A model generated the notes under the pieces. The model saw only the letters and a program-made list of their open reading frames with translations, did not search any database and was not told where the DNA came from. 64,000 bases of DNA from Candidatus Eiseniibacteriota bacterium (GTDB lineage: Bacteria > Eisenbacteria > RBG-16-71-46 > CAZAMP01): the NCBI GenBank assembly GCA_965224245.1, contig OZ245046.1:1536001-1600000 (forward strand), written 5' to 3'. Each line of letters starts with the position of its first letter. The stretch's first letter is position 1. Positions 9,483 through 19,100 of this stretch are shown one piece after another. The position numbers were made by a program, and so were the translations under genes.

Positions 9483-10138
9483 CGAGCGCTCCCCACCAGC
9501 TCGAGGGGCACGATCTGAATCGTCAGATGCGAGTGCGCGGCGAGATAGGCCGCGTCGTCGCCGGGGAACTCCGCGCGAAGGACGTCCCAGGACAGGTGCA
9601 CGCGCTCGTCCCCGTCGATCACGAGCTCTTCGACGCCCCCATGGGCCGGGCAGACCGACCGCTTCATGCTCTCCACGTAGAAGCCGTTCGCCGAGAAGCA
9701 GATCAGCTTCGCGCGCCCGGGCTCGACCATCTCGACCACGAGATGCGTACGTGAGACGGTCCCGAAGAGATCGGTTCGCTTTGGAAACACGTGCTGGTGC
9801 GTGATCGGGATGCTGCGCCCGTGGGCCTCGATGGACGCGCCCTGGGCGTGCCGGCCGAAGAACACGGCCTCGTGCCGGCGGAGCGGGTAGGCGCATCCCA
9901 GCATCGGGTCGACGACGCCCGGATCGGCGCGCTCGGAGTAGATGGCGACGACGCCGAGAACGGGGTCGTGCCAGGACGGGGCCTCCTCGTCGGCGCCGGG
10001 GCGCGGGACCAGCGTGATGGACGTCGTCTCGTCCACGTCGGCGTGTCGCGGCGGGACGTACTCCGCGTTGACCGCCCCGCACTCGGGGCAGTGATGGATG
10101 AGGGGCCCCAGCCCGCTCTTGCATGCCGAGCAGCTCAG
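9479..10138 (-). CDS. Zn-ribbon + FHA domain protein (GarA/OdhI-like architecture), probable CTG start
   Basis: 'CSAC..CPEC'; linker 'DETTSI'; FHA pThr-binding motifs 'FFGR', 'VSRTH', 'SANG'; SD GGAGGT 6 nt before CTG. Confidence 0.75.
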   Translation of the reverse strand: MSCSACKSGLGPLIHHCPECGAVNAEYVPPRHADVDETTSITLVPRPGADEEAPSWHDPVLGVVAIYSERADPGVVDPMLGCAYPLRRHEAVFFGRHAQGASIEAHGRSIPITHQHVFPKRTDLFGTVSRTHLVVEMVEPGRAKLICFSANGFYVESMKRSVCPAHGGVEELVIDGDERVHLSWDVLRAEFPGDDAAYLAAHSHLTIQIVPLELVGSAR

Positions 10139-10171
10139 CGTCCGACCTCCGGTTGTGGGATCCGGCTGACG

Positions 10172-10201
10172 AGTGTAGACCGCCGTTTCGGACGCACGCA
10201 A
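10172..10201 (-). promoter_or_regulatory. Putative sigma70-type promoter TTGCGT-N18-TACACT for the FHA gene pair
   Basis: Hexamers on the minus strand in the divergent intergenic region, just upstream of the GGAGGT SD. Confidence 0.45.
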
Positions 10202-10362
10202 CGTCCGCGACGACCGCCCTCGGTCGCCTTGACGCGTTGGGGGAAACGTGATGCAATCGGTCGACCGGAATCCGCTCGTCTTGCTTCGTGCTACCTCCAG
10301 CGCGGCGAACGGGGTCGTCGGCGAACGACTCGGCGCCGACGTACGAGCCGTCAGGGGTGCCC

Positions 10363-12639
10363 ATGGCGTCGGAAGATGCCGATCGTGATCGCCCGTCGTC
10401 GCGACGGTTCGTGATCGGCGACAGTCGACATCACCCGTGCTTTCGACTCGTGGTCGGGCGGACGTCCGCCGACGATCTGACCGCGCCCTTCGTTCGCTAC
10501 GACGCCGGCAACCTGCCGTACGTGGCCTACCTCGCGACGCTGGAGCAGGACGGCGTGGCCATTGCCGATCCGGTGACGGTGCTGATCGAGACCAGCGAGT
10601 ACCCTCCCGCGGCGTCCGGTACGGCGGCCGGCAGCGCGACGAACGCCCACGCCGATCGCGTCTGGGAAGAGGCCGCCGCCCGATGGCGGAGCGATGCCGC
10701 CCAGGGGGTAGCGCGCCTGGTGCCTCAGTATCGCGAGCACGTGCCGCCCGAGGGTGATCTCGTGCGGCATCCGCCACTGGCGTACTGCCGGCGCACCGGC
10801 GAGTACGTCGAGCCCGTCTGTCCCACCTGCCTCGGGCCGCTGGCGACCTGTCGCGACGAGGGCCTCCTTAGGCGCTCGGGCCTGCCGTCCTACGCGGGAA
10901 CACTGTCCCGGTTCCTGACCTGCGCGACCTGCGCCGGGCGAGATCAGACCGTCTTCTACACGTTCGAGCTGCGCGGACCGGACGCTCAGGCGGCCTCGGC
11001 GACCGTGCGCCGTCGCTCGCAGCTCTATCGGGATCTGGGGCCTCAGATCAAGGGGGGCGCCGCCGCGGTTCCCGAGACGCATGCGTGCTTCCGGTGCGCC
11101 CATCGCCACGACTGCTATCCGTCCACCGAGACGACGCAGCCGTGTCCGGCCGAGCGCTACCTCGTACCGGTCTCCTACTACGACTTCCGTTTCCTGCCCG
11201 TCGAGACGCTCCCGCTGCATGCCGACGAGGTCTGTGCGCTCCTCGGCGGCGCCGCGGTCGCCGACGGTACCGAGACGGTCACGTCGCGCAGCCTCGGAGC
11301 CGGGGCCGCCGAGGCCGAGCGGGACGATCCGGCCCGGGCGGCCACCTTCGAGGGGCTCGAGGACGCCCGCAACGCCTTCTTCTTCGCCGGCGACGGCGGC
11401 ATGCTCTACGTGGGCGAGGTCCTGTACCTGAAGCTCCGCGCATTCCGCGACGTGGTGGACGGGGTGGCGGCGCTTCATCGTGCCGGGCAGCGCCCGCATC
11501 TGGCGCTGTCGATCGACCGGGTACGCGGCCTCCGGAAGGCCGCCGGCTCGCGTGTGCCGAGTCGATGGACGCTGGGGCTCCGGATCACCGACCTCCTGAC
11601 CACGGCCCCGTTGCCCGGTCGCGCCCCGGACGACCCGATCTGGGCCACGCCGCACCCAGCCCCGTACGCGGTGCTGCCCCGGGTGATGGCCGTGCCGCAG
11701 ACCCAGATCGTCCGCATGCGCCTGCGCGTCCGGTCGCTCGAGGTCGACGGTGGCACCCAGACGAACGTCCGTGCGCCGAGACGCGTGACCCTCGTCGGCG
11801 AGCTGACCTCCGAGGACTACCGCGACGGCGGACACGGGCGCCTCGACGCGGTGGATCTCGTGGTCCACGTGCCCGGAGGGCCGGACGCCGGGGCGGCGAT
11901 CTCCGGTCGCAAGATCGACGACGCGGCCGGTGGCTTCGTCTTCCGCGGGCGCTCCGGCGAGCTGGACGCGGAGACGGCCGAACGGGTCCGTCAGGCCATC
12001 CCGTCGTCGGCCTCGGTCGAGGTCACGATCCGGCACGCACATCAGGTGACGGCCGACGTCTTCAGCCTGGGATTCATGCTGCTCCGGTTCCTGTTCAACA
12101 ACGACGACGGCCCCGATCCGAGCTGGCTCGACCGTGCGACGCTGACCCGCGTGGCCGCCCAGCTGACGCGGCGTGCCGAGCAGGCCCGCGTGTCGCAGGC
12201 GCTCTCCAACGCCGAGCAGCTGGCCGCGGTGCTCGAGGAGGAGGGGATCGACGCCGACCCCCGCGTGCTCCTCTACCGGGCCGTGGATCGCGAACGGACC
12301 GATCGGGTGACCCTGCCGAAGGGGCTCTGGGAGGACGTCCTGATCCTGGCCATCCGGATGGCCACGCACGTTCCGGGCTGGAGCATCGTGGGGCATGCCG
12401 ACGACGTCGATCCGGACGATCTGGCCGCGCCGATCCAGCTGGTGAGCGATCACCTGGAGCGGCTGATCGATCGCGTGCGGAGCGCGATCCTGGGCTCGGG
12501 CGGACGCAACGGCATCGTGCTCGAGGTGCTCGAGGACTTCTACGCCGACTACGTCGACGCCGCGCAGTCCGGCACGCTGGGGGGATCGTTCGATTCCGAC
12601 GACCCCGAGGTGACAAAGGTGGGATGGAAGCGACAATGA
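10363..12639 (+). CDS. Cys-rich pseudokinase-like protein, first gene of the T6SS operon
   Basis: About 11 Cys in the N-half including CxxC pairs and Cx2Cx5C; kinase-like segments 'GVAALHRAGQRPHLALSIDRV', 'ITDL', 'ADVFSLGFMLLRFL'; ATGA-coupled to the next gene. Confidence 0.55.
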   Translation: MASEDADRDRPSSRRFVIGDSRHHPCFRLVVGRTSADDLTAPFVRYDAGNLPYVAYLATLEQDGVAIADPVTVLIETSEYPPAASGTAAGSATNAHADRVWEEAAARWRSDAAQGVARLVPQYREHVPPEGDLVRHPPLAYCRRTGEYVEPVCPTCLGPLATCRDEGLLRRSGLPSYAGTLSRFLTCATCAGRDQTVFYTFELRGPDAQAASATVRRRSQLYRDLGPQIKGGAAAVPETHACFRCAHRHDCYPSTETTQPCPAERYLVPVSYYDFRFLPVETLPLHADEVCALLGGAAVADGTETVTSRSLGAGAAEAERDDPARAATFEGLEDARNAFFFAGDGGMLYVGEVLYLKLRAFRDVVDGVAALHRAGQRPHLALSIDRVRGLRKAAGSRVPSRWTLGLRITDLLTTAPLPGRAPDDPIWATPHPAPYAVLPRVMAVPQTQIVRMRLRVRSLEVDGGTQTNVRAPRRVTLVGELTSEDYRDGGHGRLDAVDLVVHVPGGPDAGAAISGRKIDDAAGGFVFRGRSGELDAETAERVRQAIPSSASVEVTIRHAHQVTADVFSLGFMLLRFLFNNDDGPDPSWLDRATLTRVAAQLTRRAEQARVSQALSNAEQLAAVLEEEGIDADPRVLLYRAVDRERTDRVTLPKGLWEDVLILAIRMATHVPGWSIVGHADDVDPDDLAAPIQLVSDHLERLIDRVRSAILGSGGRNGIVLEVLEDFYADYVDAAQSGTLGGSFDSDDPEVTKVGWKRQ

Positions 12640-13496
12640 CCGACCGTCCGGCAAACCCGTTCGCGGTCTCGCCCGACGGCGTGGCCACCGAGATCCGGGA
12701 GATTCTCTCTCGCGAGGACTTTCCGAGTGACGACGCACTTCGCGCGGCGGTGCGGCGGGCCGTGCACCGCGCGGCGGTCGGACTGGACGAGGCGGCGCTG
12801 TCGAAGCTCCTGGACTCGCTACGCTCGCGCTTCCCCGACCGTAACTTCGAGACCCGCACGCGCGTCGCGCAGCTCGAGCAGAGCGAGCGCACGCTCCAGC
12901 GAGAGGTGGCGGAGCTGCGCGAAGGCCGCAACCGGCTGGCCGGTCGGCAGCAGGCGCAGGCCGCGGTGCTGCACGACCTCGTCCGCACCGCGGTCGCCGA
13001 CGGCCGCGGCGTGGCCGACATCGCCGGGCAGCCCGAGCGTCTCGGGCCGCTGGTCGGCGTGTTCGCGCGCCTCCTGGCGTTCGCCGCCGAGCAGGAGGTC
13101 GTCCTCTCCCAGATCGAGGCCTCGTTCGCCGGGGCCAAGGGCGGCGAGGGCGAGCACGAGCTGGCCGAGCTGGTCGACCGGGTGGCCCGCGGCGACGACG
13201 ACGGAACTGCGAGCGCCGAGCTCGAACGGCGCCTCGGGCGGCTGGGACGCCTGCCCAAGGCGCTTCTCGTGGGAATGCAGCAGTCGTGGACCAGCGGCAC
13301 GCTCGCGCTCCTGCGACAGCTCAGCCCCGACGACATCGACGTGGGCGGGGTCGGGCCGCTGAAGGCCAGCAAGACGCTGGCCGAGGTGGAGCGCCGATTC
13401 TCCGCCGTTCGGCGTGACATCGAGAAGAATGTGTCGCATTACTACCGCGGCAGCTTCGAGCAGATCTACACGAAGAAGATGGAGGAGGCACCCTGA
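12636..13496 (+). CDS. Coiled-coil protein with TagH/Fha C-terminal-like domain, no FHA domain
   Basis: 'ALLVGMQQSW...ALLRQLSPDDI...YYRGSFEQIYTKKME' resembles the TagH C-terminus; sits directly before tssJ where fha usually lies. Confidence 0.55.
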   Translation: MTDRPANPFAVSPDGVATEIREILSREDFPSDDALRAAVRRAVHRAAVGLDEAALSKLLDSLRSRFPDRNFETRTRVAQLEQSERTLQREVAELREGRNRLAGRQQAQAAVLHDLVRTAVADGRGVADIAGQPERLGPLVGVFARLLAFAAEQEVVLSQIEASFAGAKGGEGEHELAELVDRVARGDDDGTASAELERRLGRLGRLPKALLVGMQQSWTSGTLALLRQLSPDDIDVGGVGPLKASKTLAEVERRFSAVRRDIEKNVSHYYRGSFEQIYTKKMEEAP

Positions 13497-13498
13497 TC

Positions 13499-13960
13499 AT
13501 GCTCCGGGACGACCGCGTACGCGCGCACCGCCGGCTTCGCACGGCGGCGCTCACGTTCCTCTTGGCGTCGGCCGCCATCGGCTGCGCCGGGCCGCACTAC
13601 GTGAGCCTGACGATGGAGCCGCCGGCCTCGTCACCGGTCTGGGTGGGTGCGTTCCTGATCGAGGACAAGGCACTCCTGGACGACTACGAGACGTCGGATC
13701 TCATCGACCAGAAGGACGAGATCGCCATCAAGAAGGGCGTCCTCAATCACTCGGTGTTTCCGATCTACCCCGATCGGCCCGCGGAGGAACGCCGGTTCGC
13801 CCTGGACGACGTCGTGACCGAGACGGCGTGGCTGCTCGTCTTCGCGAGCGGGCCCGGCGGATCCTGCGCGCGCGAGAAGCGTCAGATCCACGAGTCGGAC
13901 CGGCTGGACCTCCGGGTGTCCATCGTCGACGACTGCCTCAGTGTCGTGATCGTCCAGTGA
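13499..13960 (+). CDS. tssJ: T6SS outer-membrane lipoprotein TssJ (divergent)
   Basis: Lipobox 'AIGC'; 'SPVWVGAFLIED...DL'; position before tssK-tssL-tssM. Confidence 0.65.
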   Translation: MLRDDRVRAHRRLRTAALTFLLASAAIGCAGPHYVSLTMEPPASSPVWVGAFLIEDKALLDDYETSDLIDQKDEIAIKKGVLNHSVFPIYPDRPAEERRFALDDVVTETAWLLVFASGPGGSCAREKRQIHESDRLDLRVSIVDDCLSVVIVQ

Positions 13961-14026
13961 GCGGTGCGGGGGGCGCGGGTTCTCTCGCCGTACCGGCGGA
14001 GTCCCGGCAAACGGAAGTGAACGAGC

Positions 14027-15406
14027 ATGCATGAGTGTCATCGGGTGGTGTGGAGCGAAGGGCTCCTGTTGAGTCCACACCACTTCCAGCAGTCCGACCT
14101 GTATCACGAGGCGCAGCTCGCCGAGCGGATGGCCCTCGCGCACCCGTACGGCTGGGGCATCCGCGAGCTCGACATCGACTCTGACGCGCTTCGCCGCGGC
14201 GAGTTCCGGGTGCTCGCATGCCGCGGGATCCTGCCCGGCGGCACCGTGGTCCGGATTCCCGAGTTCGACCCGCCGCCCCCGATCGTCAGCTTCCAGGACA
14301 CGTTCGACGTCCGTGACGAGACGCTCGACTTCTTTCTCGGAGTGCCGTCCCGGCGGACGGGATGGCCCAATCATGTGCGCCGTGGCGACGCGGGGGAGGG
14401 CACCGGCGAGGCCCGGTTCACGATCGCCGAGGTCACCGTGGCCGACGAGACCAGCGGCCGGAACGATCGTTCCATCGAGCGCGCCCAGCAGAACTTCAAG
14501 GTGCTGTTGCCACAGGACCAGCGCGAGCACTACGAGCACATCCCGCTGGCCCGGGTCACCCAGCAGGCCACCGGCGACTTCCGGCTGGTCGAGGAGTTCG
14601 TGCCGCCGGCGATCGCGCTCCAAGCCTCTCCGTATCTCGTGCGCGTCACGCGGGGGCTCCTGGAGCGGCTGAGTGCGCTCTCGACCAAGTTCGGCTCCCG
14701 CTTCGGGGACGGCGGGATCGACGCGCGCGACATCACGCCGGCCAACCTCCGGTTCTTTCTCCACTTCGCGGCCGTGAACACGGCGATCCCGGCGCTCGCG
14801 CATCTCCGGGAGCACCCCAGCGCGCACCCCGAGGTGGCGTACCGCGCGCTCTCGGCGCTGGCCGGGCAGCTGACGGCGTTCAAGGCCAGCCGCTTCCATC
14901 CCCGCGACGTCCCGCTGTACCGGCACGACGCGCTGGGGAAGACCTTCGCCGACCTCGAGCGGATCCTCATCGAGCTGCTCGACATCCGCGACGAGGACCA
15001 GGGCTACGGCGTGCTCCAGCTCGACTCGGACGGGCACGGGCGCTACGCGGTCGTCGTGGACGACCGCTACCTGAGCGGGTCCGCGGCCCTGATCCTGTCG
15101 GTGGCCAGCGAGGGGCTCAGCGAGGATCAGATCCAGGACGTCGTGCGGCGGGGGCGCTTGATCGTGGCCTCGGCCGACGCGATCGACGCGAAGATCGCGC
15201 GCAACATCCCGGGCCTGCCCCTGGCCCACCTGAGTCGGCCGCCGTCGGTCATCCCGCCGCGCGGCGGCACCCTCTACTTCGAGCTGGACCGTCGCGATCG
15301 CGAATGGGAGGCCATCTCGGCCACGAAGAAGATCGCCGTGCAGATCCCGGCCGAGCTGCGTGACGGCTCGACGATCGAGCTGCTGGGCGTGGAGGCACGC
15401 CGATGA
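14027..15406 (+). CDS. tssK: T6SS baseplate subunit TssK
   Basis: 'VVWSEGLLLSPHHFQQSDLY', 'PYGWGI', 'YRHDALGKTF', 'GLPLAHL..PP..IP...YFEL'. Confidence 0.95.
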   Translation: MHECHRVVWSEGLLLSPHHFQQSDLYHEAQLAERMALAHPYGWGIRELDIDSDALRRGEFRVLACRGILPGGTVVRIPEFDPPPPIVSFQDTFDVRDETLDFFLGVPSRRTGWPNHVRRGDAGEGTGEARFTIAEVTVADETSGRNDRSIERAQQNFKVLLPQDQREHYEHIPLARVTQQATGDFRLVEEFVPPAIALQASPYLVRVTRGLLERLSALSTKFGSRFGDGGIDARDITPANLRFFLHFAAVNTAIPALAHLREHPSAHPEVAYRALSALAGQLTAFKASRFHPRDVPLYRHDALGKTFADLERILIELLDIRDEDQGYGVLQLDSDGHGRYAVVVDDRYLSGSAALILSVASEGLSEDQIQDVVRRGRLIVASADAIDAKIARNIPGLPLAHLSRPPSVIPPRGGTLYFELDRRDREWEAISATKKIAVQIPAELRDGSTIELLGVEARR

Positions 15407-16071
15407 CGACCGCGTCGCATGCGACGTCGGCCGCATCCGACGCCGGCGCGGCGGGAGCGCTCGTGGCGGCGTCGGGTCCCTTGCTCTCGCTGATCATCGT
15501 GCTCCGCCGCGCGAAGGACCTGGACGCATTCGGTGACATCCGGGGGACGGTGGCGCGCCTCGTCGAGGATCTCCGGACGAGGGCGCGCATGGAGCGGATG
15601 AACCCGCGCGACGTCGACGACGTGATCTACGCCCTGGCGGCCACGATCGACGAGACGCTCCTGATGGCCGACTGGTCCGGTCGTAGTCCCTGGGCGCAGG
15701 AGCCCCTGGCGCGACGCTACTGCAACGACGAGTTCGTCGGCGTGGGGTTCTTCGACAAGCTCGAAGCCCTGCGTCTGGACTTCGCCGCGCGACGCGACGT
15801 GGTCGAGGTGTTCTACTACTGCCTCGTCGCCGGCTTCCGGGGCCGAATGGCCGAGGATCCGGCTGCGTTCGATCGGCTGATGAGCGCCCTCTCGGCCGAT
15901 CTGCAGCCGGGTTCCCGGGAGCTCTCTCCGGATCTCGGCGCGGCGCGCGGGGGGCGGCTGCGCGCGACGGTCAACCGCTTCCCGTTCATCTGGATCTTCG
16001 TCGTGCTCGGCGCGACCGTCTTCATCTTCTACCTGGTTGCGTCACTCTACCTGGCGAGCGTCGCGACGTGA
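15403..16071 (+). CDS. tssL: T6SS inner-membrane protein TssL (DotU family)
   Basis: 'YALAATIDE', 'W...PL', 'GVGFFDKL', 'EVFYYCLVAGFRG'; C-terminal TM; no OmpA extension. Confidence 0.92.
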   Translation: MTTASHATSAASDAGAAGALVAASGPLLSLIIVLRRAKDLDAFGDIRGTVARLVEDLRTRARMERMNPRDVDDVIYALAATIDETLLMADWSGRSPWAQEPLARRYCNDEFVGVGFFDKLEALRLDFAARRDVVEVFYYCLVAGFRGRMAEDPAAFDRLMSALSADLQPGSRELSPDLGAARGGRLRATVNRFPFIWIFVVLGATVFIFYLVASLYLASVAT

Positions 16072-16143
16072 GCACGTTGGGAGCCGGCGAGGTCCGGCAC
16101 ATGGGGTCGGTGACGCCCTCGGTGTCACCCGAGGAGAGCTGAC

Positions 16144-19100
16144 GTGGCCATGCTGTTGCCGATGTTGCTGCCGATCGGGCTGCCGGTCGCGTTGCTGATA
16201 CTCGTTCTGTTCCTGGCCCGGGCGAAGTTCGCGTTCCTGGCCGCGCTCCCGCTGTGGGTGTTTCTGGGGATCGTGGCGCTTCTCCTCGTCGTGGCGGCTC
16301 TGATCATCGTCATCCGCATCCGCAAGCAGAAGGCGGACGCCGCCGCGCTCGAGGCGGGGATCCTCGACGCGAAGGGTGGAGAGGGCGTCTCCCAGGCCGA
16401 CCTGGACCAGATGCAGGAGAAGCTCCGCGACGCGGTGGCGCGCCTGAAGGCCGGCCCCGAGGGGGCCAAGGCGCTGTACTCGATCCCGTGGTACCTGGTC
16501 ATGGGGCCGCCGGCCATCGGAAAGACGACGCTGATCCGGAACTCGGGTCTCGACTTCCCGAACCTCACCACCGCCGAGAAGATGCGCGGCACCGGCGGCA
16601 CGCGCGACTGCGACTGGTGGTTCAGCTCCGATGCGATCCTGCTGGATACCGCGGGACGGTACGCGCAGAGCCGAGAACGCACGGACTCCGAGGAGTGGAA
16701 CGCGTTCCTGGACCTTCTGAAGAAGCACCGCCGGCAGGGCCCCATCAACGGTCTCATCCTGGGCTACAGCATCGAGACCCTGATCGACAAGGACGACAGC
16801 CACCTCGTGGACTCGGCGCGCGAGCTGCGCCAGCTCCTGGACGACGTGCTGGAGCGCCTGGGCTGGACCTTCCCCACGTACGTGCTGTTCACGAAGTGCG
16901 ACCTGATCGCGGGGTTCGTCGAGTTCTTCTCGTCGCTCTCACCGCTCGAGCGCCAGGCCGCCTGGGGCTTTCCCGTGGAGGTCGCCGAGGGACCCGAGCA
17001 GCACGCGGCGGAACGCTTCTCCGAGCGCTTCCGGCGTCTCGTCGAGCGGACGCGTGCGCTCCGGGCCGGCCGCATCCGGCCCAGCGCCGGCGTGGACGAC
17101 TGGTCGCGTGCGATCACGTTCCCCGAAGCGTTCGAGAGCCTCGAGCGCAAGCTGCACCTGTTCATCGAGACGCTGTTCGCACCCAACCCGTACAAGCGGG
17201 ACTATCCGCTGCTCCGTGGCGTGTACTTCTCGAGCGGCTGTCAGGACGGGGCGCCGTTCGACCTCGTGGTCAAGGAGATCGAGCGGGTGCTCGGCGGCGC
17301 CTCTCACGATCGAGGCGACGCGCTGGTGCCGACCGAGGATGCGTACTTCGTCCAGGAGCTCTTCTCCAAGGTGCTCGCGACCGACCGGCAGCTCGTCCAG
17401 CGCACCCACCGGGAGGGGAAGCGCCGGTTCCGGATGCGCGCGATCCTCAGCGCCTGCATGGGCGTGGTGACGGTGCTGTCGTGCCTGTGGTTCGCCACCT
17501 CGTGCACGCTGGTCAAGAACAAGATCGATGCGTCCCAGGGGCTGGAGGAGAAGCTACAGCGCGACGACGGCTCGAACATGGTCTACACGTTGAATCTCCT
17601 CGATCAGCTGTATGGAGAGGTGTCCGGCTCGTTCCGGGTCCTCCCGTTCGTCGTGGCCAGGGCCCCGCGTGAGGACCTCCGAGAGGCCTACCGGCGCGCG
17701 TCCCGCGAGAAGGTGCTCGGTCCCCTCGAGAAGGAGCTGCTCGAGAAGGGCCGGGACGCGTCGCTTCCCGCGTTCGAGGTGCGCGATCTCCTGACCACCG
17801 AGGTGCTGCTCCTGTCGCCCGAGAATCAATCGGCCGTCCCGGACACCGCGCGCTTCCAGCGTACGCTGCGAGAGCTCGCCCGGTTCGACGGCGACACGCC
17901 GGTCCGCACCGTCGACCAGCTGCGCGAGGTGGGGAGGCGGTTCCTGGAGAGCGGCGAGCCGCTGCGGCCGACGACGGAGGACGATCGCCAGCAGATGCGG
18001 CGGTGGGCGCGAAGGCTCAACGCCAGCCACCATCCCGAGGCCATCGTGGCCGCCATCGTGGCCGAGGCGGCCGACGCTCTGGACGATCTCGAGCTGTCCG
18101 ATCTCCTGGGCTCCACCGACGACGACCTTCTCCGCGGCAGCCGGGAGATTCCGGCGGCGTACGCGCGCGACGGCTGGGAGCGCGTGGTGTATCCCCGACT
18201 CTCGTCGCTCGACGACTGGATCGAGGGCGATCGCACCCTCATTCGACTGGTCGGCGAGACGCCACGCGACGACCCCACGCTCCGCGAAGACGTCGTGACC
18301 TACTACGCCGAGGAGCTGGCCGACGCGTGGAGCGACTTCCTCCGGTCCGTCTCCCTGCGCACCGGAAGCAGCTGTGACGAGGCGTCGTCGGCCTATCGCA
18401 CGCTCAAGAGCGGCACCCGCTCGCCGCTTCTGGCTCTTCTGAAGAACGCGGCCGCCCAGGTGAGCTTCGAAGGGGGACCGGCCGATGCGATCGGGGTGGG
18501 CTCGGGGCTCCTGGTGCCCATCCGGCGACAGACCGCCCCGTTGACGGACATGGTCGCCGAGCCCGAGGACGGCGCCGCGCCGATCGAGATGTACGAGGAG
18601 ATCCTGGGGGACCTCTACCACGAGGTCGGCGAGTGCGCCGACGAGCCCGGACGCGACCCCGAGGGGCTGGAGGACATCGAGGACTTCGCATCGGACTATC
18701 GTGACGACCACGCGGGCTCCGACATCTCGAGGTCTCTGGAGCTGCTGCTGCAGGCGCCGGGCGAGGACGTGAAGACGCTCCACGCCTCGGCGAAGATCGG
18801 CGAGACGATCGGTCGCTGGCAGCGGGGTGTAGTTGACGAGTGGAGGACGGTCGCGTCCAGCTACCCGTTCGATGGCCGCTCGTCGTCCGGCGCGGACGTG
18901 AAGGCCGTTTGTGACGTTCTCCGGCGTGACGGCGCCATCGATGCGTTCGTGGAGACGCTCGGCGAGCGGGGCCGACAGCCGGGCGCGGCGCTCGAGCGTG
19001 CGCGAACCCGACTGACGCAGGTGCGGCGTGGCATCGAGATCGGCGACGGGACACTCGAGACGAGCTTCCGGATCACGTTCCGGTCCAGCTCGGACTGGAT

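Noticed and set aside
10229-10257. TTGACG-N17-TGCAAT as promoter of the T6SS operon
   Set aside because: Good -35 but the -10 lacks the conserved A at position 2; too weak to list as a feature
8955-10364. A single 469-aa minus-strand protein spanning the FHA gene
   Set aside because: Only the last 175 aa look like protein; the rest overlaps the FHA gene in another frame
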